Assembly: GCA_040005235.1 (NCBI GenBank)
Contig: JBDTZG010000024.1
Coordinates: 13,583 to 77,582, forward strand
Length of the DNA stretch: 64,000 bases
Reading direction: 5' to 3'
Source of the DNA: Acidobacteriota bacterium
GTDB lineage: Bacteria; Acidobacteriota; Thermoanaerobaculia; Multivoradales; UBA5704
In this document: piece by piece, positions 21,992 through 31,606 of the stretch
Layout: the number at the start of each line of letters is the position of its first letter
Numbering within the stretch: position 1 is the stretch's first letter
Notes under the pieces: generated by a model
Database searches by the model: none
Told to the model about the DNA's origin: nothing
What the model saw: only the letters and a program-made list of their open reading frames with translations
Program-made: the position numbers and the translations under genes

Positions 21992-22864
21992 ATGCTCCTC
22001 AACTACCTCGATTCGGCCATCGGCTTCATCGTCGTCATCCTGATGTTTTCCCTGGTGATCACGATCCTGGTCCAGATGGTGGGCGTTCTGCTCCAGCTGC
22101 GCGGCAAGAGCCTGCTGCGGGGGGTGGAGCTGCTCTTCCATGAGATCGACCCGGACCTCAAGAGCCAGGCCAAGGCTCTGGCGGATCAGGTGCTACGCCA
22201 CCCGGCGATCGCCGAAGACACGAAGCGGCTGGCTTCGGCGCTCCAGTCCCATGAGCTCAAACTGGTGCTTCAATCGCTCGCCGAGGCCGCCGATGCGAAT
22301 CCTCAGCTCAAGAAGGCGCTCGACGAACGCCGCGCGACGGTCTTCGGCAGGATCGACGACTGGTTCGAGTTGGTGATGGACCGCGCGGGCGAGCGGTTCA
22401 AGATGAACACCCGCTGGGCGACCACGGTTTTCGCGGTCATCCTGGCCTTCGCCCTCCAGCTCGACTCGATCAGCCTGTTCCGCCAGATTGCGACCAACGC
22501 CGACCTTCGCGCCCGGCTGGTCTCGATGAGCGATTCCGTATCCGAGACGAGCAAGAAGGTGCTGGAATCGCCAGCCGTCCCCAACACGGAACAGGGTCTA
22601 AAGGAGCTCACGGACCGAGCCGCCGAGGTCAAGGCCGAAATCGAAAAATCCCAGCTCCAGCTGGTGCCGAACCCCTGGCGCCTCTCGGCTTTCGACAACA
22701 TACGGAGCTTCCTCGGCCTGATCCTCACGATTTTCCTGCTCGGCCTGGGCGCCCCCTTCTGGTTCAAGGCCCTGCAAAACTTGGTGGGCCTGCGCCACGC
22801 GGTCGACCAGAAGAAGGACCAGGACGAAGAGGCCGAACGGGCGGCTTTGGCGGCGAAGAAGTAG
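21992..22864 (+). CDS. Hypothetical membrane protein
   Basis: RBS GGAGG; three TM segments; LGLGAPFWF motif. Confidence 0.7.
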   Translation: MLLNYLDSAIGFIVVILMFSLVITILVQMVGVLLQLRGKSLLRGVELLFHEIDPDLKSQAKALADQVLRHPAIAEDTKRLASALQSHELKLVLQSLAEAADANPQLKKALDERRATVFGRIDDWFELVMDRAGERFKMNTRWATTVFAVILAFALQLDSISLFRQIATNADLRARLVSMSDSVSETSKKVLESPAVPNTEQGLKELTDRAAEVKAEIEKSQLQLVPNPWRLSAFDNIRSFLGLILTIFLLGLGAPFWFKALQNLVGLRHAVDQKKDQDEEAERAALAAKK

Positions 22865-22952
22865 AGGGGCTGCGAAGGAGTCTGCCGATCCGGCCACAAT
22901 TTCCAACAGGGGGTGGAGCAAACTCCGCTCCCTGTGCCTGCCCTTCGTCTGC

Positions 22953-23291
22953 TCAGCGCGTCAGCACTGCTCCCGGTAAATCCAAGGAAGATCCCGCCAG
23001 CGATCCCGCCGTCGTCAGAAGCTCGACAACTCGCTTCTGAGCATCGCCTTCCGAAGCGAGAAACTCGCCCGTTGCGACGAAGGCGTCCGCCAGGGGATTC
23101 TCCGAGGCTTCAGGGAGAAGGGTGACACCAATCTTTCCGTCCCTGCGATACTCCACGACGATGTGACGCACGCCGTCGCGGAAATCGAGCCACGCCGAGG
23201 CGGCGCCGCCATTGACCGGAACTTCGAGGTGACACTGCGAGCTAGGGAATTCGCGATGGAGGGAGGATGCTAGATTCTCGATTGGATGCAT
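22953..23291 (-). CDS. Small hypothetical protein, putative immunity/antitoxin
   Basis: Overlaps the upstream small ORF; WLD....VVEYR..GV pattern. Confidence 0.5.
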   Translation of the reverse strand: MHPIENLASSLHREFPSSQCHLEVPVNGGAASAWLDFRDGVRHIVVEYRRDGKIGVTLLPEASENPLADAFVATGEFLASEGDAQKRVVELLTTAGSLAGSSLDLPGAVLTR

Positions 23292-23649
23292 CTTTCCAAA
23301 CCTCCTGGCCATCCGCCCCTCGCTTCAGGAGCTGGACTCTACCTATTTTTACGGTCACCAGCTCAAACGCGCCGTTGGGCGCAATGAACGTCAGGTGGCC
23401 AGTGTGTCGATATCGAAGGACTCGAGAGTCCCCGGCAGACGGCCGGAACCCGTCTCGCAGGGGCGGGCACATACGCTCTCCGCACTCGCGATAACCGGGA
23501 TCGAAGGGAACGCCCGAGAACTCGTTCTCGACGGCATTGAGGACGTTCGCGATCAGATCGAGCGCTTCTTCGAACGAAGAGGCGGCAGGAGCTTCGTCCA
23601 ACCTTCGGCAGAATTCCGTAAGCCGCCAGACCTTGTCGCGGATCGAAAT
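23242..23649 (-). CDS. Small hypothetical protein, putative toxin (Rhs C-terminal-like); start uncertain
   Basis: RL.EF.RRL..APAASSFEEA..L..VE...SG....ERMCPP..H.TFI.PNGA..KRGADG; frame open from ATT 23649 behind GGAGGA (track start TTG 23601). Confidence 0.5.
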   Translation of the reverse strand: MSIRDKVWRLTEFCRRLDEAPAASSFEEALDLIANVLNAVENEFSGVPFDPGYRECGERMCPPLRDGFRPSAGDSRVLRYRHTGHLTFIAPNGAFELVTVKIGRVQLLKRGADGQEVWKDASNRESSILPPSRIP

Positions 23650-23939
23650 TTTCCAGTCCTCCGAACGAGAAAGCAGAATTCTCCGCTAGGCCATAAGCGC
23701 ACCGATCCGCGATTACCCGGCTTGCCTCAAAGGACCGGTTGCAGCGGCTTTTCACGGTTCTATGCTCCCCACCCGGAGGGCGGAAGATCAACCATCATAC
23801 GACGGAAAGTGCTCCTGTTCTGCTGAATTTTTCGCCCGTCGGCCTGGAGTACTCCCAAAGAGCGCCTCTAGGAGGCAGTATAGAGCTCGCCCGACTGGCG
23901 CGTGGGAGGCCGGGCGAGTACGATTCCGGTGAGGATACT

Positions 23940-24626
23940 ATGAGCTTACCGGCCGTCATCTTCGAAGAGCGCCTGCGTATTCCGAGCGAAGTTCATCGCC
24001 TCGCGCCGTTCCGCCTTTGGTGCGCCGGGACCGAGTTTCCCGAAGAGGGTCGAATAGATTTTCTGGCCGGCAACGTGGAGGTGGACATGAGCCCGGAGGA
24101 CCTCCACACCCACGGCACGGCGAAGACCGAGGTCGCGACACGCCTTCAACTTCTGCTCGCCGATCCGGGCCGCGGCGAGGTGTTCATCGATCGGGCTCGC
24201 GTGGTCTCCTCAAGAGCCGATCTTTCGGTTGAGCCGGACATCGTGGTCGTCCTCGGCGAATCGCTCGCCGCCGGCCGGGTTCGCTTCGTGCCCGCGGCCA
24301 AAGATCCAACCCGCTCCTCAGAGATCGAAGGCGCGCCGGATTTGATCGTTGAGATCGTCAGCGACTCTTCCGAAAAGAAGGATACCGCCCGCCTGCCGCG
24401 CCTCTACGCCAAGGCGGGAGTGCCGGAGTTCTGGACGATCGACGCCCGCGGGCCGAAAGTACGGTTCTCAATCGACCTGCTCGCCGGAGCCCTCTACCGG
24501 CGACAGGAGCCCGACACCGACGGCTGGATTGATTCGCCGCTCCTTAGGCTGCGCTGCCGCCTTTCGCGCGAACGAACCGCGTGGGGAAGTTGGCGCTATC
24601 GGTTCGAAACGGTCGCGCGCGGTTGA
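23940..24626 (+). CDS. Uma2 family (DUF820) endonuclease-like protein
   Basis: EPDIVVV, GAPDLIVEIVSDS..KD..LYAKAGVPEFW. Confidence 0.88.
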   Translation: MSLPAVIFEERLRIPSEVHRLAPFRLWCAGTEFPEEGRIDFLAGNVEVDMSPEDLHTHGTAKTEVATRLQLLLADPGRGEVFIDRARVVSSRADLSVEPDIVVVLGESLAAGRVRFVPAAKDPTRSSEIEGAPDLIVEIVSDSSEKKDTARLPRLYAKAGVPEFWTIDARGPKVRFSIDLLAGALYRRQEPDTDGWIDSPLLRLRCRLSRERTAWGSWRYRFETVARG

Positions 24627-24843
24627 GGCCGGGTACCCGGGCTTTGGAAGACCCGCGAAGGCGCAGTTTCTCCTCGCAGGATGGCCCCTCCTTCCCTCAC
24701 GCTCTCGAGCAGTTCCTCGAAAAGGTCTGGTCTCATAGATATTCTGCCTCGACGGTTTTTCTCAGCGTGGCACTACGCGCTCGTCAGATCGGCTCGTTCG
24801 TTCTTCGCATCGGCGAAGAGTAGGAGCATCTTTTCACGCCCCC

Positions 24844-25848
24844 TTACCCCCGCCGCATCTCTTCCAAATACCGCCGGAAGAACGGCAACCCCGCGAGCGC
24901 GGGCACTAGGTAGCGCGAGGTGAACAGCAGGCCGAGCGCCGCAGCGGTTTGGGCGTTCAAGTAGGGGGCATACAGCGCAACTAGGGCCGCGTCTCGGGTG
25001 CCCAGGCCGGCGAAGGTGAAGGGGGTCAGGCCGGCGAGGATGGCGAGTGCTGCGAGTCCTATGTGGGCGAGGAAAGGTACGTAGGCCCGCAGGGCGAGGA
25101 TGAAGATCCAGAGCTGGACGAAGTGGAGCAGCCAGAGGCCGATTGAAATGGTCACCACCTGCGCGTGGCGGGCTGGCTCGCGGCGAAAGGTGCTCCGCGT
25201 TTCGGCCCAGGCGTCGCGGAGTTTCTCGATCTTGCCCTTCAGCTTGCCCGGCGCGATTCGCAACGCGAGCCCAAAGACGAAGCGGGCGAAGACTTCGGAA
25301 TTGAGGGTGAGGAAGCCGACCACGGTCGCGACCGAGATCCCCGCCGCGGCGAGCCAGAGGATCGCTCCTTTGCCCGGCAGGAAGAGGAGGCCGATGGCGC
25401 ACCAGAGGAAGAGCGCCAGGACGTCGTAGGCCTTCTCGAACACGGTGAGCGACAGCGCGAGCGAGCCGGGGAGGTGGCCGCGCGATTTCAAGAAGAACGA
25501 TTTGGCGATGTCTCCCATTTTGGACGGCAGCACCATGTTCATCACGTCGGCGACCAGGATGAGGCGCACTGATTCCGCCACGCCGAGCGTCGTTCCGGCG
25601 GGCATCAAGCGGCGCAGACGCCATCCTTGGACCGCTTTGATCAAAACGAGGGCGAGCTGACCTACGAGCATCCAGCCCCAGTTCGACCGGGCGAGCACGC
25701 CGCCGATCGCGCGGAGATCGATCTTCCGATAGATCAGGGCGAGCAGCGCGAGGCTGACCGCGATCGAGATCCAGCGATTGCGCCGCGCGGCGGCGGAAGG
25801 GCGCGCGAGAGCTTGCGGCGTTTCGGCCGAGACCGGCGGTTGGTCCAC
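24844..25848 (-). CDS. Flippase-like protein (lysylphosphatidylglycerol synthase TM / UPF0104)
   Basis: NMVLPSKMGDIAK, FEKAYD, P.T.AGLGTRD. Confidence 0.85.
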   Translation of the reverse strand: MDQPPVSAETPQALARPSAAARRNRWISIAVSLALLALIYRKIDLRAIGGVLARSNWGWMLVGQLALVLIKAVQGWRLRRLMPAGTTLGVAESVRLILVADVMNMVLPSKMGDIAKSFFLKSRGHLPGSLALSLTVFEKAYDVLALFLWCAIGLLFLPGKGAILWLAAAGISVATVVGFLTLNSEVFARFVFGLALRIAPGKLKGKIEKLRDAWAETRSTFRREPARHAQVVTISIGLWLLHFVQLWIFILALRAYVPFLAHIGLAALAILAGLTPFTFAGLGTRDAALVALYAPYLNAQTAAALGLLFTSRYLVPALAGLPFFRRYLEEMRRG

Positions 25849-25856
25849 CGCGGCCC

Positions 25857-26897
25857 TTAGCCCTTGTACGGGAACTGCGGGCCGTACCAGCTCTCGCGGA
25901 TCAGCTTCTGCGCTTTCGGCCGGGCGACGAACGGGTACCAAAGGAGCGAGTTGTAGACCAAGGCCCCCTTGGCGAGCACCTGCACGAGGGGGGTGTCGAA
26001 CAACAGCGGCTTCAAGAACGAAGCCCGCAGCCGCTTGTGGATGCCGCCGAGCAGGTTCGATTTCGGCGTCGCGAACTGCTCGGAGCCGACGTCGTCGCCC
26101 ACCATACGCCCTTCGATGGATCCCAATCCCCGCGCCTCGGCGTTGGTGAGAAAGCCGATCGCCCGCGGATCGAACCCCATATACCGGGCCGCCGCCGCAT
26201 CGGCCGCCACCAAATCGGGCGAGGCGATGACGAGATCGGCGATCCGTACGTCCCCAGTGCGGGGACCCTTGCCCTCCTGGCAGACCGTGCCGTCGATCAC
26301 CGTGAACCGCGGCGCGAGCGCCTGGTTGATGTCGACGATCACTTGGTGGAGGACCGGGTGGAAGTTGTGCCGGAAAGTGGGCAGACACCCCCACTGATTC
26401 TTGAGCGAGGCGGTGATCGTCGAGAGGTGGTGGCACTTCATGACCGGCAGGGTCACCAGGCAATCCGCTTCGAGCAGCGTCCGGGGAAAAACCAACTTGC
26501 GGACGTGCATGCCGTCCACCGCAATCTCCTCCAGCGGATCGCGCGAAAGATCGACGTACTCAACCCCGTATTTCGCCGCCAGCCGGTCGTACCCCCAGAT
26601 CTTCTCCGCCCGCCGAACGTTGTCGGCCCCGACGATCTGCGAATCCCCCATCTGCAACCGGACGTCCGGCAGCGCTTCGCGGATCGTCTGCAGCACTCCC
26701 TCCAGCACCCAAGGGGAGGTGTTCGTCCCGGGCACCAGAGGGAACGACAAAGTGTTGATCTTGAGGAAGATCCGCGAGCCCTGGATGTGGTCGCGCCAAG
26801 AAGCTAGCTCCATCGCCCGCTTGACTGCGGCCTGCACCCCTTCGGCTTGGGTGACGCGGACCCGGGCTACGGGTGCGGGGGTGGCAGATTTAGGCAT
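25857..26897 (-). CDS. DUF362 domain protein
   Basis: LK(I)N..PG.NT.P, LPVMKCH..ITASLKNQWG, VIDG..EG.GP..G, DLVAAD. Confidence 0.85.
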   Translation of the reverse strand: MPKSATPAPVARVRVTQAEGVQAAVKRAMELASWRDHIQGSRIFLKINTLSFPLVPGTNTSPWVLEGVLQTIREALPDVRLQMGDSQIVGADNVRRAEKIWGYDRLAAKYGVEYVDLSRDPLEEIAVDGMHVRKLVFPRTLLEADCLVTLPVMKCHHLSTITASLKNQWGCLPTFRHNFHPVLHQVIVDINQALAPRFTVIDGTVCQEGKGPRTGDVRIADLVIASPDLVAADAAAARYMGFDPRAIGFLTNAEARGLGSIEGRMVGDDVGSEQFATPKSNLLGGIHKRLRASFLKPLLFDTPLVQVLAKGALVYNSLLWYPFVARPKAQKLIRESWYGPQFPYKG

Positions 26898-26965
26898 TTG
26901 AGGATCCAGAGCGAACAGACGGCGACTTTTTAAGATGGTAGCAGACGGGTCGAGCCGAAGGCTCG

Positions 26966-27037
26966 TTACTCGGGCCGGCGCCCCCCACCCATACGGGTCT
27001 CTCTCAGCGCTTCCCAATGGAAGAAGACCGGCTTCAC
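26966..27037 (-). pseudogene. Truncated RelE/ParE toxin stub
   Basis: GTGA overlap with the antitoxin stop; MKPVFFHWEALRE resembles ParE N-termini, then stops after 23 aa. Confidence 0.5.
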
Positions 27038-27261
27038 GGGTACTCTTGGCGCAACTGAGCAAAAACCTCTTCCGCCGACGTACCGGACGCTCGGCCGCCT
27101 CGAATCTCGTCGACGCGCCTAGCAACCTCCACGTCCCAGGCGGCAGCCACCCCCTCCTCCTCAGGCTCCAAAGAGCCGAGCAGAAAGCAAGCCAACTCGG
27201 CCTTGGCCTGGGCGGAAAGATGCTCGAGCTCCGATTTGAGTTGTTTCATCGGCTGGGCCAT
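27034..27261 (-). CDS. Putative addiction-module antitoxin (TIGR02574-like)
   Basis: LS...KAELA..LL.SL....AAW..EV.RR..EI..G....AEEVF. Confidence 0.85.
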   Translation of the reverse strand: MAQPMKQLKSELEHLSAQAKAELACFLLGSLEPEEEGVAAAWDVEVARRVDEIRGGRASGTSAEEVFAQLRQEYP

Positions 27262-27327
27262 GAGGTGCCTCCAGGGGTCGATTGTGCCACGCAGGCCGCC
27301 TATAGGACCAACCCGTTCGTTGGCCGG

Positions 27328-27752
27328 TCAGCTCGCATCCCGCACCAGCCGAAACCCCAAGCTGAATCCGAGATCCTGGGGTCGATGGGTGTAGCGAAGG
27401 GCGCAGCGGGCGCTGTCCGCGCCGAAGTACCAGCTGCCGCCTCGACACGCTCCACCGGACAATCGGGACCACACTTCTGAAACCAACTGGGATTCGAGCC
27501 CATCACCTTCCGCCATTGGCTTTGGGTGACTTCGTAGCGGCCGACGTAGAGCGGGCGGGAGATGCGGACCGGGTGTTGGACCTCTTGAGGCTCGCGGGTC
27601 GGTTCGGAGGCAGGGCTTCCCATTACGAAGCTTCCGGCCGGAAGCAGGACGAACTGCATTTCGGTCGTCGGCTCGGTCCAACTCTTCTCCGGTGCGCGGC
27701 ATCCGAAGATCAAAAGTAGGCCTAAGAAACCGGCGGGGAGGGCGGCGCGCAT
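27328..27752 (-). pseudogene. Formylglycine-generating-enzyme (SUMF1) family gene with internal deletion and frameshift
   Basis: Frame 1: FVMGS..H.V.I..YVGRYEVTQ.QW..VMG.NPS..PVERV; frame 2 continues directly with RGGSW..SARCALR..LGFRLVR; the central RLPTEAEWEY segment is missing. Confidence 0.8.
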
Positions 27753-28112
27753 TCATGCGCAGTCTATTCGCGCTCCCGGTGGCTTTTCCGAGCACGAGAA
27801 GCGCTTCATGAGACGCAAGACCCTCTCTTGCAACGCAGAAGAGGAGTATGCAGACGCTGGGAAGGGGTGCGGAGACGCTACGCACCGGTCCGTCGAGCAC
27901 AAGACCCACCGCGGCGAACGCCAGACCTGCCGCGCCGAGTGCCGGAACCGGTGCGGCGAGCGCAAGAACCGCTGCGCGGCCCCCGGGAACCGCTTCGCGG
28001 GATGCCGGAGGCAATGGCTGGTGTGCGCGGAGCGCTCCGTGGCCTTCGCTACACGGGTCGGTGTGCTCGAAGTCCTCGGTTTTCTGTCTACGCGGCGGTG
28101 CGTAGCGTTGGG

Positions 28113-28238
28113 CAGGCGGGTCGGTGCGGTCGGCAGGCGGGTCGGTGCGGTCGCCAGGCGGGTCGGTGCGTTCGCCAGGCGGGTCGGTGCGGTCGCCAGG
28201 CGGGTCGGTGTGGTCGCCAGGCGGGTCGGCGCTTTCGC
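28113..28238. repeat. 21-bp tandem repeat, 6 copies, within a larger 21-nt periodic region
   Basis: CAGGCGGGTCGGTGCGGTCG(G/C) starting at 28113, 28134, 28155, 28176, 28197 and 28218. Confidence 0.92.
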
Positions 28239-28373
28239 GAGCCGGGTTTTTGCATCCGCGAGGTGCGTCGGTGCGTCGCCTCGCCGGTCGCGGGCGTCCG
28301 CGGAGCGATCCGGCGTGCTCGAAGAGCGGTCCGGGGAATCGACGGCTCCGTCCTCCATTTCGATCCGGAGGCT

Positions 28374-29270
28374 TCACCCAGCCTCGCGACGGCTCCGGAT
28401 GCGCCAGAGCAGGAACGCAGAGGCTCCGAGGAAAAAGACGCTGCACAGGTAGCTCCCCTCCGGTCCTTGCGCGCCGCCCGTCAGATAAACCGGGCCTCGG
28501 ACGATCATCCGGACGAGCAGCGCGGGCTGCTTCGCATCGATGCCCGTGACAGGTAGCTCGAAGCCCGTCGCCAAGAGCCAGTTCCACCCCGTATGCCAGC
28601 CCATCACTCCCCAGATGTTTCGGCTCTTGAGCGCCCAGCAGCAGGTGAACGCGCCGAAGAGGAGAGTGCCCACGGTGACCAGAACGCGTTGATGTGGGCT
28701 GTAGTGCAGAAAGGCGAAGACCAGCGAATTGAGCACGACGGCGATCGGTACGTTGAATTTGACGGCGACCGCCGAGAGCAGCCAACCGCGGAAGATGATT
28801 TCCTCGACGCTCGATTGGACGGCGAAACAAATCAACAGAAGTCCGATGTTCAACAGCGCGCCCGACGAGCTGAGCGCCGGGCCGAATCCCTTTGCTTCGA
28901 GGCCGCCCGCCATCCAGATTGCAGCGACGACCGCAGATATGGTGGCCATGCCGATCGACAAGCCCTTCAGGAACTTCAGCGGCTTGCCGGGTCCCGCCAA
29001 GCCGAGAGTGGCGAGGGAGCGCCGCTCGATCCCAAGGACCCAGGCGAACAGGACGAGGCCCATCGCGACAAAGTGAACGATCAGCAGCGCGAACAGACCC
29101 GACAGACCCAAAGGGTCACCCTTCGCGTTCTCCAGATGAAAATGCTCGAGAACAAGGGACACCAAGAGGGAGGGCACCGCGACGAGCAAGATGCAAAGGA
29201 AGGGCGCGAAGGCGCCCCAGGGCAGCCAGCCTCTTGCGGGCTCGGGCGAGTAGATGGCGGTCGATTTCAT
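28374..29270 (-). CDS. CPBP (CAAX/Abi) intramembrane metalloprotease
   Basis: EEIIFRG, FAFLH, H.GWN motifs. Confidence 0.92.
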   Translation of the reverse strand: MKSTAIYSPEPARGWLPWGAFAPFLCILLVAVPSLLVSLVLEHFHLENAKGDPLGLSGLFALLIVHFVAMGLVLFAWVLGIERRSLATLGLAGPGKPLKFLKGLSIGMATISAVVAAIWMAGGLEAKGFGPALSSSGALLNIGLLLICFAVQSSVEEIIFRGWLLSAVAVKFNVPIAVVLNSLVFAFLHYSPHQRVLVTVGTLLFGAFTCCWALKSRNIWGVMGWHTGWNWLLATGFELPVTGIDAKQPALLVRMIVRGPVYLTGGAQGPEGSYLCSVFFLGASAFLLWRIRSRREAG

Positions 29271-29364
29271 GGGTGCTCCTGCTGGGGTGATTTCAGGATC
29301 ATGGGCAAAGCCCTGCCCTACCGGGGCGCGCCCACGGCGAAAACGGGAGGCTTGAACGGGTTGT

Positions 29365-29736
29365 TTAGACCGGCCGCAGCTGCTCTTCGAGCGACCGGGT
29401 TTTCTCGGTTCTCACGTCGCCCGTGTGCTGCGTGCTCTTTCTCTCGATGAGCAGGAGGTGGCACTCCTCGTCCGCGACCGGGTTGTGGCGTACACCCTTG
29501 GGAACCACGAACATGTCGCCCTCGTCCAGCTCTACGGCCCCGTCCTCCATCTCGATACGAAGGTGCCCCTTGAGGATCAAGAACAACTCGTCTTCGTTCT
29601 CGTGGCTATGCCACGCCAAGGTGCCCTGGACCGCCGCGACCTTGACGTACACGTCATCGACCTCGCCGATGATCCTCGGCGACCAGTGCTCGGTGAGGGC
29701 GAGAGCAATCTCCTTCGGCGAAACGGCTTTCAGCAT
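29365..29736 (-). CDS. Cupin domain protein
   Basis: WHSHENEDELF..VPKGVRHNP. Confidence 0.9.
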   Translation of the reverse strand: MLKAVSPKEIALALTEHWSPRIIGEVDDVYVKVAAVQGTLAWHSHENEDELFLILKGHLRIEMEDGAVELDEGDMFVVPKGVRHNPVADEECHLLLIERKSTQHTGDVRTEKTRSLEEQLRPV

Positions 29737-29820
29737 AGTTGGCTCCGGAGTCCTTAGGCAGGCAAAGAGGGTAGGTCCCGCGGGTAATACGCCCGGAGGG
29801 TGAAGCGAGTTTCGATCCCT

Positions 29821-30621
29821 TCAGACCGCCGATCCCCGCACGGCCCAGGCGCGCGCCTTGAGTCGAATGCGCCCGTCGGCTCCTGGTTCCAGGCGACGCT
29901 TGAGGCGGTCCCTCAACCGCTCACGGCTTGGCGGATCGAGATTGGTCACGAAGCTTGGACCCGTGCCGGTGCCGCGGAGAAAGGGCTCCCAATAGTCGTC
30001 GAAATCGGCGAAGTCGGTCGGGATCTCGAGCGAACCTACTTGCGCCTGGGCAAACCCTGCGGTTTCGAGAAGCGAGACGAGCGCGGGCGGCCGACAAATA
30101 GGGAAACCGAGGTGTTCCGCGCGGGCCGCGGCCTGAGGATCCGCGGCGATCGCCTCTTCCCAGAAAGCCCTCAAGAATTCCATGCCTTCCGAGTAGTCCC
30201 AAACGTAGGCGGCAAAGGTTCCGCCGGTGCGGAGGCGCTGCCGGATCGATGTCACGACCTGGGCGGGATCCGGCAGGAAGTTCAGGACCAGCCCCGAGAC
30301 CACGGCGTCGAATCCGCCCTCCCTTCGGGGAAGGTTCTCGGCGCCCGCGACAACAAACGAAGCGCGATCGTCCGAAACTTGGCTTCGAGCGTGCTCCAGG
30401 AACTGGGCAGAGGGATCGCAGGCAACGACCGACGCCGGCTCGCAACGGTCGAAGATCGCGGAGGTGAGCGCTCCGGTGCCGCACCCGACTTCGAGCCAAT
30501 GGGCCGATCGCGGCGGTTGGAGCCATTCGAGGAACTTTCGGGCCAAGGGACGGCTCCAGCGGCCCATGAAGGCCTCGTAGGCGTCGGCGCCTTCCCATGT
30601 TCGATCTGGCGGATAGGTCAT
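29821..30621 (-). CDS. Class I SAM-dependent methyltransferase
   Basis: YE.FMGRWS, LEVGCGTG, FDAVVSGLVLNF. Confidence 0.9.
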   Translation of the reverse strand: MTYPPDRTWEGADAYEAFMGRWSRPLARKFLEWLQPPRSAHWLEVGCGTGALTSAIFDRCEPASVVACDPSAQFLEHARSQVSDDRASFVVAGAENLPRREGGFDAVVSGLVLNFLPDPAQVVTSIRQRLRTGGTFAAYVWDYSEGMEFLRAFWEEAIAADPQAAARAEHLGFPICRPPALVSLLETAGFAQAQVGSLEIPTDFADFDDYWEPFLRGTGTGPSFVTNLDPPSRERLRDRLKRRLEPGADGRIRLKARAWAVRGSAV

Positions 30622-30720
30622 CTTGCTCCTCTGCGGTCTGCCGCGGGAGATTGTATGCCCTCTCCCGGTCGGGTCTCTTTCAGGCTACATCTCGGAATGG
30701 AAGCCTGGCTCCGAGAAGCC

Positions 30721-30752
30721 TTGACATGCAGGCCGCCGTGGCTACATTGTAG
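30721..30752 (+). promoter_or_regulatory. Sigma70-type promoter of mazEF with overlapping palindromic operator
   Basis: TTGACA (30721)-16 nt-TACATT (30743); palindrome CTACA-T-TGTAG over the -10; ATG 11 nt after the -10. Confidence 0.6.
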
Positions 30753-30759
30753 GTCCGCC

Positions 30760-31008
30760 ATGAAAACACGCCTCGTCCCTATGGGCAACTCTCGCGGGGT
30801 TCGACTTCCGAAGCCCTTGATCCAGCAGGCGGGCTTGACCGACGAGGTCGAACTCGAGGTGCGGGGAAATACCATTCTCATCGTTGCCCAAAAGGGCCTG
30901 CGGGCCGGCTGGGCGGAAGCGGCTCAGAGGCTGCGCGAGGAAGACGGTGACCGGCTTCTCGATCCTCCTACGCCCACCCGGTTCGACGACGAAGAGTGGC
31001 AGTGGTAG
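30760..31008 (+). CDS. AbrB/MazE antitoxin
   Basis: MKTRLVPMGNSRGVRLPK..RAGWAEA..FDDEEWQW. Confidence 0.9.
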   Translation: MKTRLVPMGNSRGVRLPKPLIQQAGLTDEVELEVRGNTILIVAQKGLRAGWAEAAQRLREEDGDRLLDPPTPTRFDDEEWQW

Positions 31009-31337
31009 GAGCGAGACCGGTTCGGCGCGGAGAGGTTTTCCTCGTTGACCTCGACCCCACGCGCGGCAGCGAGATCCGAAAGACTCGGCCTTGCGTCATC
31101 GTCTCGCCAGACGAGCTGAACCATCACCTTCGAACCGTGATCGTTGCGCCGCTCACCTCGGCTGGCCGACCGTACCCGTTCCGCATCGCCTGCGGTTTCA
31201 TGGCCAAGCGCGGCCAGGTCGTCTTGGATCAGCTTCGAACCGTAGACCAGGAACGCCTCGTACGCCATCTTGGGCGCATGTCGGCGCCAACCCTGGCTCA
31301 GATCCTGGCGGCGCTCCAGGAGATGTTCGAGACTTGA
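30996..31337 (+). CDS. PemK/MazF toxin
   Basis: RGEVFLVDLDPTRGSEIRKTRPCVIVS, APLT, DQLRTVD. Confidence 0.93.
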   Translation: MAVVGARPVRRGEVFLVDLDPTRGSEIRKTRPCVIVSPDELNHHLRTVIVAPLTSAGRPYPFRIACGFMAKRGQVVLDQLRTVDQERLVRHLGRMSAPTLAQILAALQEMFET

Positions 31338-31606
31338 GGCAGCAAGCCCATGATGCGGCCGTCTCGGACATCTGACGGACGGCGGGCTACGCCGCCTCTG
31401 CGTGCAGCTTGACCCCAAGCCCGTCGCGTCATCTGGACAGAGCGTATGTCCTCCCAGACCGGTAGGCGAAACGGTCTCCCCAACTCTCGTAATTGCCGCA
31501 GCGCAGCACCGCGCGTTGACTCGGCCCGGCGCCTCATCTATCGTTCAAGCTAATCATCTGTGGGAGGGAGCCCGGAGCGCAGGTCACGGCTCGGACCGGG
31601 AAAGGC

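Noticed and set aside
29300-29372. Possible integron attC after the cupin gene (minus strand GTCTAAACAACCCGTTCAAGCC)
   Set aside because: It resembles an R''/L'' half, but there is no matching L'/GTTRRRY, no second site and no integrase.
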